64,000 nucleotides of DNA. Source: Deltaproteobacteria bacterium (GTDB taxonomy: Bacteria; Desulfobacterota; Deferrimicrobia; Deferrimicrobiales; Deferrimicrobiaceae). The position numbers and the translations under genes were made by a program. The stretch covers positions 682,610 to 746,609 of the forward strand of contig CP070783.1 in NCBI GenBank assembly GCA_020346465.1, read 5' to 3'. Below are positions 22,175 to 31,277 of this stretch, in pieces; positions within the stretch are counted from its first letter, which is position 1; every line of letters starts with the position of its first letter. The notes under the pieces are model-generated. The model ran no database searches, was not told where the DNA came from, and was given only the letters and a program-made list of their open reading frames with translations.

Positions 22175-23498
22175 GGCCACGATCTGGCACCCCTTCACCC
22201 AGATGGCGGACTGGGAGAAGGACGACCCGCTCGTCATCGAGCGCGGCGAGGGGAACTACCTGTTCGACACGGAGGGGCGGAGATATTTCGACGGCGTGTC
22301 GTCCCTGTGGGTGAACCTGTTCGGGCACGGCAGGGCGGAGATCGACGAGGCCGTGCGCTCCCAGCTCGGCAGGGTGGCCCATTCCACCTTCCTGGGGCTC
22401 TCCCACCCCCCCGCGATCGAGCTCGCGGAGAAACTCCTGGCCGTTGCCCCGCCCGGCCTCTCCCGCGTCTTCTATTCCGACAACGGCTCCACCGCGATGG
22501 AGGTGGCCATCAAGATGGCGTTCCAGTACTGGCGGCAGCGGGAGGGGGGCGCGGAGGGGAGGCGGGAGTTTCTCACGTTCTCCGAGGCGTACCACGGCGA
22601 CACGATCGGGTCCGTCTCCGCCGGCGGGATCGACCTCTTCCACAAGATCTTCCGGCCGCTCCTGTTCCCCGTCCGGAGGCTTCCCTCCCCCCACTGCTAC
22701 CGGTGCCCGTACGGGCTTGCCCGCCCCTCCTGCGGGCTCTTCTGCGCGGAGCGGATGGAGGAGGAGGTCCGGGCCCGGAAGGGGGACATCGCCGCCGCGA
22801 TCGTGGAGCCGCTCGTGCAGGGGGCGGCGGGGATGCTGCTGATGCCGGAAGGATACCTCCGGAGGCTCCGGGCGGTGACGCGGGAGTGCGGCGTCCTCCT
22901 CGTCTGCGACGAGGTGGCCACGGGGTTCGGGCGGACGGGAACGATGTTCGCCTGCGAGCAGGAGGGGGTCTCCCCGGACATCATGGCGGTCGCCAAGGGG
23001 ATGACCGGCGGGTACCTCCCGCTCGCCGCCACGCTTGCCACGGAGGAGGTCTACCGGGCGTTCTTGGGCCGGTACGAGGAGTACAGGGCCTTTTTCCACG
23101 GCCACTCCTACACGGCCAACCCCCTCGGATGTGCGGCGGCGATCGCGACCCTCTCGATCTTCGAGCGGGAGGACGTCCTCCCGCGGGGGAGGCGCCTGGC
23201 GGGGACGATGGCACGCGAACTCGCGAAGCTGTCCGGGCGCCGGAACGTGGGGGAGATCCGGCAGAAGGGGCTGATGGCGGGGATCGAGATCGTCGCCGAC
23301 CGGATCACGCGCGAGCGGTTCCCCCCGGAGAGGAGAATCGGCCAGCGGGTGATCCGGGAGGTGAGGGAGCAGGGGGTCATCCTCCGTCCGCTCGGCGACG
23401 TCATCGTCCTGATGCCCCCCCTGTCCTCCTCCCCGGCGGAGATCGAGTCCCTGGTCCGCGCCGCCGGACGGGGGATCGACGCAGTGCTTTCCGGATAG
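22140..23498 (+). CDS. bioA: Adenosylmethionine-8-amino-7-oxononanoate aminotransferase
   Basis: Class-III aminotransferase (DEVATGFGRTG, AKGMTGGY). 35-nt overlap with bioF. Confidence 0.85.
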   Translation: MERTELLRQRDKATIWHPFTQMADWEKDDPLVIERGEGNYLFDTEGRRYFDGVSSLWVNLFGHGRAEIDEAVRSQLGRVAHSTFLGLSHPPAIELAEKLLAVAPPGLSRVFYSDNGSTAMEVAIKMAFQYWRQREGGAEGRREFLTFSEAYHGDTIGSVSAGGIDLFHKIFRPLLFPVRRLPSPHCYRCPYGLARPSCGLFCAERMEEEVRARKGDIAAAIVEPLVQGAAGMLLMPEGYLRRLRAVTRECGVLLVCDEVATGFGRTGTMFACEQEGVSPDIMAVAKGMTGGYLPLAATLATEEVYRAFLGRYEEYRAFFHGHSYTANPLGCAAAIATLSIFEREDVLPRGRRLAGTMARELAKLSGRRNVGEIRQKGLMAGIEIVADRITRERFPPERRIGQRVIREVREQGVILRPLGDVIVLMPPLSSSPAEIESLVRAAGRGIDAVLSG

Positions 23499-23508
23499 GG
23501 GGAAAACG

Positions 23509-24192
23509 GTGGGCCGCGCCATCCTCGTCACGGCGACCGACACGGGGGCGGGGAAGACCTTCGTCTCCTGCCTCCTCGGGGAGGCGATGCGGAGGAAGGG
23601 GTTCTCCGTCAGGCCCCTGAAGCCGGTCGAGTCCGGGTGCGAAACGGGTGCGGACGGCGCTCCGTTCCCGGGCGACGCCTCGTCCCTCCGCGACGCGATC
23701 GCCCCGGATCTGCCCCTTTCCGCGGTCTGCCTGTACTCCCTTGCCGCCCCGCTTTCCCCTCACCTGGCCGCGCGCGCGGAAGGGGTGACGATCGAACCCG
23801 GCCGCATCCGGTCCGCGATCGAGGGGGCCGCGGAGGCGTCCGACCTCGTCCTGGTGGAGGGTGCGGGCGGGATCGCGGTGGAGATCCGCGAGGGGTATTC
23901 CTTTGCCGACCTCGCAAGAGACGTCCGTCTTCCGGTCCTGGTGGTTGCGGAGAACCGACTCGGGGTCCTGAACCATCTGGCCCTGACCGTGCATTTCCTT
24001 CGGTCCGGAGGGCTTTCCCTCTTCGGGGTGGTCCTGAACGACCGGACGCGGGACCCGTCCCCGGCGCGGGAACGGAACGAGGCGGAGGTCCGCCGCATCG
24101 CGGGGGACCGGTACCTGGGGAGGGTTCCGCACGGAGCCCGCGTCCTGCCGGAAGGGATCCTGTCCGGGGTTTTCGGGCTCTTCCCTCCCTGA
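23509..24192 (+). CDS. bioD: Dethiobiotin synthetase
   Basis: LVTATDTGAGKTFVS P-loop typical of BioD. GTG start. Confidence 0.8.
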   Translation: MGRAILVTATDTGAGKTFVSCLLGEAMRRKGFSVRPLKPVESGCETGADGAPFPGDASSLRDAIAPDLPLSAVCLYSLAAPLSPHLAARAEGVTIEPGRIRSAIEGAAEASDLVLVEGAGGIAVEIREGYSFADLARDVRLPVLVVAENRLGVLNHLALTVHFLRSGGLSLFGVVLNDRTRDPSPARERNEAEVRRIAGDRYLGRVPHGARVLPEGILSGVFGLFPP

Positions 24193-24229
24193 TGCCCTCT
24201 CCCGCCCGCGATCCTTTATAATACCGGAC

Positions 24230-24733
24230 ATGTCCCCGCGGCGTCGGCGCACCCCCCTCGAGCGGTGCCGAAGAATCTTCCGCTACATCTACCTGCGTCT
24301 GGTCCGCATGGGGGGGGATCCGCCCCTGATCGCCCGGGGGTTCGCTCTCGGGGTGTTCCTCGGGGTATTCCCCACCTTCGGCATCGGGATTCCGCTTTCC
24401 CTGCTCTTCGCCTCGCTCTTGCGGTGGAGCCGCGTGTCCGCGGTGCTCGGGTCCCTCGTGATGAACCCGCTCACGACGCCGTTCTTCTGGACCCTCTCCG
24501 GAACGGTGGGCGCCGCCATCTTCCATGCGGATGCGAAGAGAGTGCTGACGAGCGCCCAGAACGGGGAGCGGCTGCTGACCCTGACCAGGGGGGCGGGGAT
24601 CTACCTCGCGGGAAACACGATCGTCGCCCTGGTCACCTCCGTGATCGCCTACTATCTGGCGCTCCGGGCGGTCATCCTGTACCGGAAGAAACGGCGGGAG
24701 CGGAAGCGCAGGACCCGGGAGAGCGGCGGTTAG
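24230..24733 (+). CDS. DUF2062-family membrane protein
   Basis: 167 aa, basic N-terminus, then hydrophobic helices and PTFGIGIP-like motifs. Family call by memory. Confidence 0.55.
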   Translation: MSPRRRRTPLERCRRIFRYIYLRLVRMGGDPPLIARGFALGVFLGVFPTFGIGIPLSLLFASLLRWSRVSAVLGSLVMNPLTTPFFWTLSGTVGAAIFHADAKRVLTSAQNGERLLTLTRGAGIYLAGNTIVALVTSVIAYYLALRAVILYRKKRRERKRRTRESGG

Positions 24734-25461
24734 GCGTTCCGTTTCCCCCGGTCCACGACCCACACGACCGCGAAGCTCGCGAAGAACAGGCCCAGGAGGG
24801 GGACGCTCATCAGCATCAGGTTGTAGACGTCCGGGGTGGGCGTGAGGACGGAGGCCAGCACCACGCAACCCAGGATGGCCTGCCTCCACTTGTTCCGGAA
24901 GAACCCGGACGTGAGCCAGCCGGCCTTGGCCAGAATGTAGGAGGCGAGGGGCGCCTCGAAGGAAAGGCCCAGGACGAGAAGCATCGTGCCGCAGAAGGAG
25001 ACGAACTTCCGGGCCGAGATGAGCGCCCGCACCTCCGGCGTTTCGAACCCCGTGAGGAACCCGACGCCGGCCGGGAGGAGAACGTAGTACCCCAGCAGCA
25101 TGCCGACGCAGAAGAGACCGGTCGCCGTCCCGATGACGGCCCACCCCCACCGTCTCCACGCCGGCAGCCGGGGGGCGATCGCCCCCTGCCACAGCATCCC
25201 CGCCCCGACCGGCAGGGACAGGGCCAGGCCGCTGTACAGCGCGATCGAGAGCATGGCGAAGAACCCTTCCGACGGGTCGTACGCGACGAGCTTCCGGTTG
25301 AGGAGCTGCACCAGGAACAGGAGGATCCGCTCCGAGAAGGCGAAGCAGGCCGCCGACAGGACGAGCACGGTCAGCGCATAGATCGCCAGCCCCTTCCGGG
25401 CCTTCTCGATCTCGGCGAGGATTCCGAGGAACCGGTTTTCCAAGAGCCCTCCGGCGCGCAA
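24730..25461 (-). CDS. tatC: Twin-arginine translocase subunit TatC
   Basis: 243 aa, six predicted TM helices, TatC-like sequence (LVAYDPSEGFFAM...FFASF). Convergent 4-nt overlap with the DUF2062 gene. Confidence 0.8.
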   Translation of the reverse strand: MRAGGLLENRFLGILAEIEKARKGLAIYALTVLVLSAACFAFSERILLFLVQLLNRKLVAYDPSEGFFAMLSIALYSGLALSLPVGAGMLWQGAIAPRLPAWRRWGWAVIGTATGLFCVGMLLGYYVLLPAGVGFLTGFETPEVRALISARKFVSFCGTMLLVLGLSFEAPLASYILAKAGWLTSGFFRNKWRQAILGCVVLASVLTPTPDVYNLMLMSVPLLGLFFASFAVVWVVDRGKRNA

Positions 25462-25505
25462 TTCTGGTATGTAATAGTACAGCGCCTGCGGGGAAGAGGG
25501 AAAGG

Positions 25506-26501
25506 ATGCGGTACGCCATACCCGGCTACGTGCACCGGCCCGGAATGCATTGCGGCTCCTCCGCCATGCGGAACCTGCTCGCCTTCCGGGGGGTCGTCCT
25601 CTCGGAGCCGATGTGCTTCGGGATCGGTTCGGGGGCGGGCTTCCTGTACGTGACCGGGCTGCCGGTCCCTCCGGGCGTTGCGTTCCACGGGCGGATCCTG
25701 GAGATGGAGAGGGAGCTGTGCGGCGCCCTGGCGATCCCCTTCCCGGAGCGGCCGGAGGAGGGCGGCGACGCCGGGTGGGAGAGGGCGCGCGAGGCGGTCC
25801 TGTCCGGAAACCCCGTCCTGGTCAGCACGGATCTCGCCTACCTGGACTATTTCGGGACCGGGACGCACTTCTCGGGGCACCGGATCGTCCTGTTCGGGTT
25901 CGACGACGAGGCGGGAGATGCGCTCGTGTCCGATTCGGAGCGGGAGGAACCGCAGAGGGTTCCCGTGGCCTCCCTGAAGGCGGCGCGTTCCTCCACGGTT
26001 CCGCCGTATCCGATGGAGAACCGCTGGTGCGTCGTCCGGCCGGAGGGGCCGCTGCGCCCCCTCGCGGAGGCGATCCCGCGAGCCCTCGGGAAGAACGCGC
26101 GGGAGATGCTCTCCCCGCCCGGGGGGTCCGCCGCAGGCGTCTCCGGGATTCGCCGGACGGCCGGGGAGATCGCCCGCTGGCCCGGGATGACGAAGGAGTG
26201 GTCGTTTGCGGCCCGGTTCGGGTACCAGATCATCGAGAAGCGGGGCACCGGCGGCGGCTTCTTCCGGAGGCTGTACGCCCGCTACCTGGAGGAGGCCTCG
26301 TCCCATTACCCCCCCCTGGCCGCGGCGGGGCTTGCCGCGAAGATGGGCGCCGTCGCCGACGGCTGGACGGAGATCGCGGCGGGGCTCAGGGCAATCTCGG
26401 AGTCCGGGGACGCCGGGGGATTTCTCCGGGTGTCGGAACTCCTGCTGCGGCAGGCCGACCGGGAGGAGGCGTTCTGGCGGGAGGCCGCCTCCCTCGTCTG
26501 A
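25506..26501 (+). CDS. BtrH_N (papain-like) + DUF4872 domain protein (hypothetical acyltransferase/peptidase-like)
   Basis: 331 aa. N-terminal HCGSSAMRNLLAF, a Cys nucleophile in a BtrH-N/C39-like setting, and HRIVLFGFDDE. Family call by memory. Confidence 0.55.
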   Translation: MRYAIPGYVHRPGMHCGSSAMRNLLAFRGVVLSEPMCFGIGSGAGFLYVTGLPVPPGVAFHGRILEMERELCGALAIPFPERPEEGGDAGWERAREAVLSGNPVLVSTDLAYLDYFGTGTHFSGHRIVLFGFDDEAGDALVSDSEREEPQRVPVASLKAARSSTVPPYPMENRWCVVRPEGPLRPLAEAIPRALGKNAREMLSPPGGSAAGVSGIRRTAGEIARWPGMTKEWSFAARFGYQIIEKRGTGGGFFRRLYARYLEEASSHYPPLAAAGLAAKMGAVADGWTEIAAGLRAISESGDAGGFLRVSELLLRQADREEAFWREAASLV

Positions 26502-26794
26502 CGCCCCCCCCTCCTGCGTCTGCGTTGCCGCATGCATCCTTTCCCTGGTTACCAGGTGGCGCATCGGTGGGGCGGCCGCCGCAGGGGATCCCCCGAGCGG
26601 GAGCGCCGGCGGAACCGGCGGAGGCCCCGTATCCTGAATGGTACAGGGCGGGCATACTTCCCATGCACGAGAATGCCCGGGGAAGGGACCGATGGGCACG
26701 TTCGCTGGGCGCAGCCGGGGAGCTGGTGCGATCCGCGAGCGGGGACCCCGGAGGCGAAGCCGCTCCATGTGTCCCTTGTCATGCAGGGGACCGT

Positions 26795-27409
26795 CTACTC
26801 CCGGTGCTTGAGGTGCCGGCGGACGTACCAGACGATCGCGGCCACGATCACCGCCCCGATCAGCAGGTCGAACTTGTGGAAGTATTCCCGCAGGATCGGC
26901 CACTTTTCCCCCATGACCATCCCGACGTACGCAAGCCCCAGGCACCAGGGAAGGGATCCGGCGAACGTGTAGAGGATGAACCGCTTCATCTCCATCCGGG
27001 AAACCCCCGCGGGGAAGGCGATGAAGGTGCGGATGACCGGGAGGAGGCGGGCGAAGAAGACGGTCGCCTCGCCGTGCCGCTCGAACCACCGGTCCGCCAT
27101 GTCCAGGTCGTGCCGGGAGATGAGGATGTACTTCCCGTACTTCTCGATGAGCGGCCGCCCCCCGTACATCCCGAGATAGTACGCCGGGACGGAGCCGACG
27201 ACGCATCCGAAGGCCCCCGCCAGCCCCACGGACCAGAGGGAATATTTCCCCAGGAAAACGAGGTAGCCGGAGAACGGCATGATCACCTCGGAGGGGAGGG
27301 GGATGCACGCCGATTCGATCGCCATCAGAAGGACGATGCCCGGCAGCCCCATCGTGGAGATCACGGAGATGACGAACGAGGCGAGAAACTCGAGGATCCT
27401 GGTCACCAT
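26795..27409 (-). CDS. DedA/SNARE-associated family membrane protein
   Basis: 204 aa polytopic protein with DedA-like motifs (FSGYLVFLGK...FFARLLPVIRTFIAFPAG). Confidence 0.8.
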   Translation of the reverse strand: MVTRILEFLASFVISVISTMGLPGIVLLMAIESACIPLPSEVIMPFSGYLVFLGKYSLWSVGLAGAFGCVVGSVPAYYLGMYGGRPLIEKYGKYILISRHDLDMADRWFERHGEATVFFARLLPVIRTFIAFPAGVSRMEMKRFILYTFAGSLPWCLGLAYVGMVMGEKWPILREYFHKFDLLIGAVIVAAIVWYVRRHLKHRE

Positions 27410-27424
27410 GGCATCGGGTCCCTT

Positions 27425-28804
27425 CTATCCCACCGTGATGTATGGAGGTCCGAACCGCAGCGTCGGCTGGGCGTCGCCCACGGGAACTCCCTGTCCCTCT
27501 TTCCCGCAGGTCCCCAGGCCAAACCCCAGGTCGGACCCGACCATGTCGATCATTGAAAGGGCCTCGGGGCCGTTCCCGGTGATGGTGGCGCCGCGCACCG
27601 GCTCGCCGGGACGGCCGTTCTCGATCCGGTACCCCTCGGCCACCTCGAACATGAAGTCGCCGGTCACGGTGTTCACCTGCCCCCCCCCCATCTTCCGCAC
27701 GAGAAGCCCGCGGTCCACCGAGCGCACGATGTCCTCCGGCGGCGTCTTCCCCGGAAGGATGATCGTGTTCGTCATCCGGGGCACCGGCTTGTGCCGGTAC
27801 GACTCCCGCCTCCCGTTCCCGGTCGAACGGCCCCCGTCCCTTATCGCATGGAGACGGTCGTAGAGGAACCCTTTCAGGACGCCGTCCGAGACGAGGACGG
27901 TCCGCTGCGCCGCGGTCCCCTCGTCGTCGGCGCCGAACGATCCCCGCTTCCCCGGCACCGTGGCGTCGTCGACGATCGAGACGAGCGCGCTGGCCACCTG
28001 CGTTCCGAGCGAGTCCCGGTAGACCGACATGCCCCGCCGCGCGAGGTCCGCCTCCAGCCCGTGCCCGATGGCCTCGTGGACCATCGTTCCCCCCGCCTCG
28101 GAGGAGAGCACGACCGGCATCCGTCCTCCCCCGATGCGACCCGCGGTGAGGGCACGGACCGCCCTTCCCGCGGCTTTTCCCGCGAGTTCCTCCGGAAGGA
28201 CCTCCTCCAGGAACTCCCATCCGCACGTCCCGCCGCCGCTCTCGTACCCCATGGTGAGGACCGATCCGTCCCCGGCGACGCACTGGACGGTGAGGAGGGT
28301 GAAGGTCTGGGCGTCCGAGACGAAGACGCCCGGGTGCGCCGCGACCTCGATCCGCCGTTCCGTCTCGCCGTAGGTCGCCCGGACCTGGCGGATCTCCCGG
28401 GACAGGCCGCGGGCGACCCGGTCCATGCCGGAGACGAGAGCGACCTTCTCCCGGACCTCCCGGGATTCCGGGGGGATCCGGACGTCGGACGGCCTGCGGG
28501 CGGCGGTCGGGGTGGCGGGGAGGACCGCCGGAACGCCTCCGCCGTCCGCGTACCGCGAGAGGTCGCGCGCGAGGGAGAGAACGGCCCGTCCGTCGCACTC
28601 GTTGGTGAAGGCATAGAAGGTCTTCCCCCGGAAGAGGAGACGGATCCCGATCCCTGCATCGGACCCCGACAGGACGCGCTCGACCTTCCCGTCCTCCCTC
28701 TGGACCGACAGCGATGTCACCTCTTCGTGGAAGAGCTCCCCGTACTCTCCCCCGCGGGACAGGAGCGCGGACAGGATCGGTTCCACGTGCATTTTCGAAA
28801 GCAT
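27425..28804 (-). CDS. tldD: TldD/PmbA-family metallopeptidase (TldD-like)
   Basis: 459 aa with HEAIGHGLE (HExxxH-like) and a TldD-like C-terminus. Confidence 0.8.
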   Translation of the reverse strand: MLSKMHVEPILSALLSRGGEYGELFHEEVTSLSVQREDGKVERVLSGSDAGIGIRLLFRGKTFYAFTNECDGRAVLSLARDLSRYADGGGVPAVLPATPTAARRPSDVRIPPESREVREKVALVSGMDRVARGLSREIRQVRATYGETERRIEVAAHPGVFVSDAQTFTLLTVQCVAGDGSVLTMGYESGGGTCGWEFLEEVLPEELAGKAAGRAVRALTAGRIGGGRMPVVLSSEAGGTMVHEAIGHGLEADLARRGMSVYRDSLGTQVASALVSIVDDATVPGKRGSFGADDEGTAAQRTVLVSDGVLKGFLYDRLHAIRDGGRSTGNGRRESYRHKPVPRMTNTIILPGKTPPEDIVRSVDRGLLVRKMGGGQVNTVTGDFMFEVAEGYRIENGRPGEPVRGATITGNGPEALSMIDMVGSDLGFGLGTCGKEGQGVPVGDAQPTLRFGPPYITVG

Positions 28805-28857
28805 CGGCCCTCCGGGGCGGCGGGTTCCCCGCGTTTTGTGTATACTGATCCTACCAA

Positions 28858-30579
28858 GTGTACCCGAGGGAGGAGATGAAAGCGAAGATCTTGGCCGTGA
28901 CCGTGGCGGCCGTTTTGCTGACCGCCCAGGACGGAGGGGCGTTCCACGGAAACGCGACGGCGGTCGGCGCCCGCCTGCAGGGACGCGCCTACTCCGAGTT
29001 CCTCTCCGGCTACATGCATTACCGTGCGGGAGACCTCGACGCCGCCCTCGATTCGTACCGCAAGGCCCTCCGGTACCGGGAGAACGAGCCGGCGATCCTT
29101 TACGAGACGGCGAACGTCCTGGTCAAGAAGGGCAGGTTCGAGGAGGCGAGGGAGTACCTGGAGAAGGCCCTTGCCGTCGACGACACCCACGTCCGTTCCC
29201 GCTATCTCCTGGCGGGAATCCTCGCCTCGTCGGGCGACAGGGAAAAGGCGATATCCCTGTATTCCCGGGTGCTGTCCGACGACCCGGACAGCGAGGAGGC
29301 GTATGTCCACCTTTCCACGCTCTACGCCGAGAGAGGGGAGTTCGCCCGGGCGGAGGAAACCCTGGACATCCTGGTCGGGAAACGGCCGGAATCCTTCCTC
29401 GCCTACTATTACCGGGGCCGGCTCCGGGCCATCCAGAAGAAGTTCGAGGCCGCGCTTTCCGATTTCGACCGTTCGCTCTCGATCCACCCGGCGTTCGACG
29501 GCGCCCTTCTCGACTCCGGGGGGGTTCTCGAACTGATGGGGCGGCATGCCGAGGCGGAGGAAAGGTACAGGAAGGCGCTTGCGCTCGACCCGGACGACCC
29601 GGCCATCCGGGAGCGTCTCGGGCGGGTCCTCATCCTGGAGAAGAAGATCGACATGGCGGTCGACCAGTACGAGGAGCTGAAGAAGTTTTCCGAGGGGAAC
29701 CTGGATTTCCGGGCGAAGCTCGGGCTCCTCTATCTCGACCGTGAACGGTACGACGACGCGATCACCGAGTTTCTCTTCGTGCTTGCGGCCCAGCCGGGGA
29801 ACAGCCAGGTGCGGTTCTTCCTGGGGACCGCCTACGAGGCCAAGGGGATGCCCCGGGAGGCCGAGCAGGAATTCCGGGCGATCCCGGAGTCGTCGCCGGT
29901 CTACCGGGACGCGATGCTTCACGTCGCGATGTCCCTCGGACGCCAGGACCGGATCGACGAGGCGATCGGGGTGACCGAAAAACTGCGGGAGAAGTTCCCG
30001 GATGACGTCCCGCTGCTGATCTACCTGGGGACCCAGCTGGAGGAGGCGAAGCGGTACCAGGAGGCCCTGGACGTGCTCAAGGAGGCGGCGCAGAAGGATC
30101 CGGAGAGCGCTTCGGCCCGGTTCTCCCTCGGGGTGGTCTACGACAAGCTGGGGAACCTCGACATGCTCATCTCGTCCATGGAGAAGGCGATCGAGCTCGA
30201 TGCCGGGCACGCGACGGCCATGAACTATCTCGGGTACACCTACGCGGACCGGAACATGCGCCTCGCGGAGGCCGAATCCCTCATCCTCCGCGCCCTTGCG
30301 ATCCGCCCCGATGACGGGTACTTCATCGACAGCCTCGCCTGGGTGTACTACCGGAAGGGCGACTACCCGCGCGCGGAGGCCGAACTGCGGCGCGCGCTCA
30401 CGTTCATCCCCGACGACCCCGTCATCCTCGAGCACATGGGGGACGTCCTGTCCGTGGGGGGGAAGAGGGAGGAGGCCGCGGATTTCTTCGAAAAGGCGAT
30501 TTCCCGCGGGCACGAGAAGCCGGAGGAGATCCGGAGCAAGCTGAACCAGATCCAGAAGGCGGGCTCCACGGCGAAGTGA
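28858..30579 (+). CDS. Secreted TPR-repeat protein
   Basis: 573 aa, signal peptide, many 34-aa TPR units (A..Y..G....A......AL). Confidence 0.75.
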   Translation: MYPREEMKAKILAVTVAAVLLTAQDGGAFHGNATAVGARLQGRAYSEFLSGYMHYRAGDLDAALDSYRKALRYRENEPAILYETANVLVKKGRFEEAREYLEKALAVDDTHVRSRYLLAGILASSGDREKAISLYSRVLSDDPDSEEAYVHLSTLYAERGEFARAEETLDILVGKRPESFLAYYYRGRLRAIQKKFEAALSDFDRSLSIHPAFDGALLDSGGVLELMGRHAEAEERYRKALALDPDDPAIRERLGRVLILEKKIDMAVDQYEELKKFSEGNLDFRAKLGLLYLDRERYDDAITEFLFVLAAQPGNSQVRFFLGTAYEAKGMPREAEQEFRAIPESSPVYRDAMLHVAMSLGRQDRIDEAIGVTEKLREKFPDDVPLLIYLGTQLEEAKRYQEALDVLKEAAQKDPESASARFSLGVVYDKLGNLDMLISSMEKAIELDAGHATAMNYLGYTYADRNMRLAEAESLILRALAIRPDDGYFIDSLAWVYYRKGDYPRAEAELRRALTFIPDDPVILEHMGDVLSVGGKREEAADFFEKAISRGHEKPEEIRSKLNQIQKAGSTAK

Positions 30580-31277
30580 AGGTCGAGGGTTCCTCTCCGA
30601 GGAGACTCCCGGAGGCCCCGGCGGGGCGGGGCGCGAGGGCGGGCCGTGCGGCGATCGCCCTGGTCCTGGGGGCGGTCCTGCTGGCTGCCGGCTGCGCCCC
30701 GGCGCGGCAGCGCCTGGTCGGGGAGGAAGCCCGGACGGCGACCGTGTTCTTCCTCTCCGCGGCGGACGTCACCTTTCCCGTCCGGGCGTCGTTTTCGGGG
30801 ATCGCCGAGTTCTCCGGGCGGACCGTCCCTTTCATCGCCGGCCTGAACTCCCGGACCGCGTCCGAAGAGACCCTGGGGTTCTACGACCCCATGGGGCGAG
30901 CGGTCCTGTTCCTCGATAACGACGGGAGAAGCGTGTCGGTCCTCCGCGGTCCCGCCGCGGAGGAGTTCCCGCTCAGGGACGCACGCTCTCTGGATGCGGG
31001 CCCGGTGTCGCTCGGGCGCATCCTTTCGGGCGCCCCCGGGTACCCCGTCTCCGGGGGAGAGGCCGAAAGGGGCGCGGACGGGGAATGGGTCCTCGCGGGG
31101 AAGGGGCAGACGCTTTTTTCCGACCCGTCGCGGCGCCTGCTCTCCCGCGCGGAGTATGATATTTCTGGAAAGCACGTCACCGTGACGTACCCGGGCAGGG
31201 ATTCCCCCGGGCCGCCCCGGACCGTGGAGGTCGAGGTGATGGGGAACAGGATCGTGCTCCGGAGGGACGCGGAATGA
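30576..31277 (+). CDS. Lipoprotein (hypothetical; LolB-like fold suspected)
   Basis: Lipobox LLAAGC. 4-nt overlaps with both flanking genes. Confidence 0.5.
   Translation: MKVEGSSPRRLPEAPAGRGARAGRAAIALVLGAVLLAAGCAPARQRLVGEEARTATVFFLSAADVTFPVRASFSGIAEFSGRTVPFIAGLNSRTASEETLGFYDPMGRAVLFLDNDGRSVSVLRGPAAEEFPLRDARSLDAGPVSLGRILSGAPGYPVSGGEAERGADGEWVLAGKGQTLFSDPSRRLLSRAEYDISGKHVTVTYPGRDSPGPPRTVEVEVMGNRIVLRRDAE

Noticed and set aside
26502-26794. 294-nt ORF-free convergent spacer between the BtrH_N gene and dedA, possibly an ncRNA
   Set aside because: It contains only hairpins (cctgg-tta-ccagg; cgggcat...atgcccg) of the kind expected for 3' ends of convergent genes. No promoter-like motif or conserved structure is evident.
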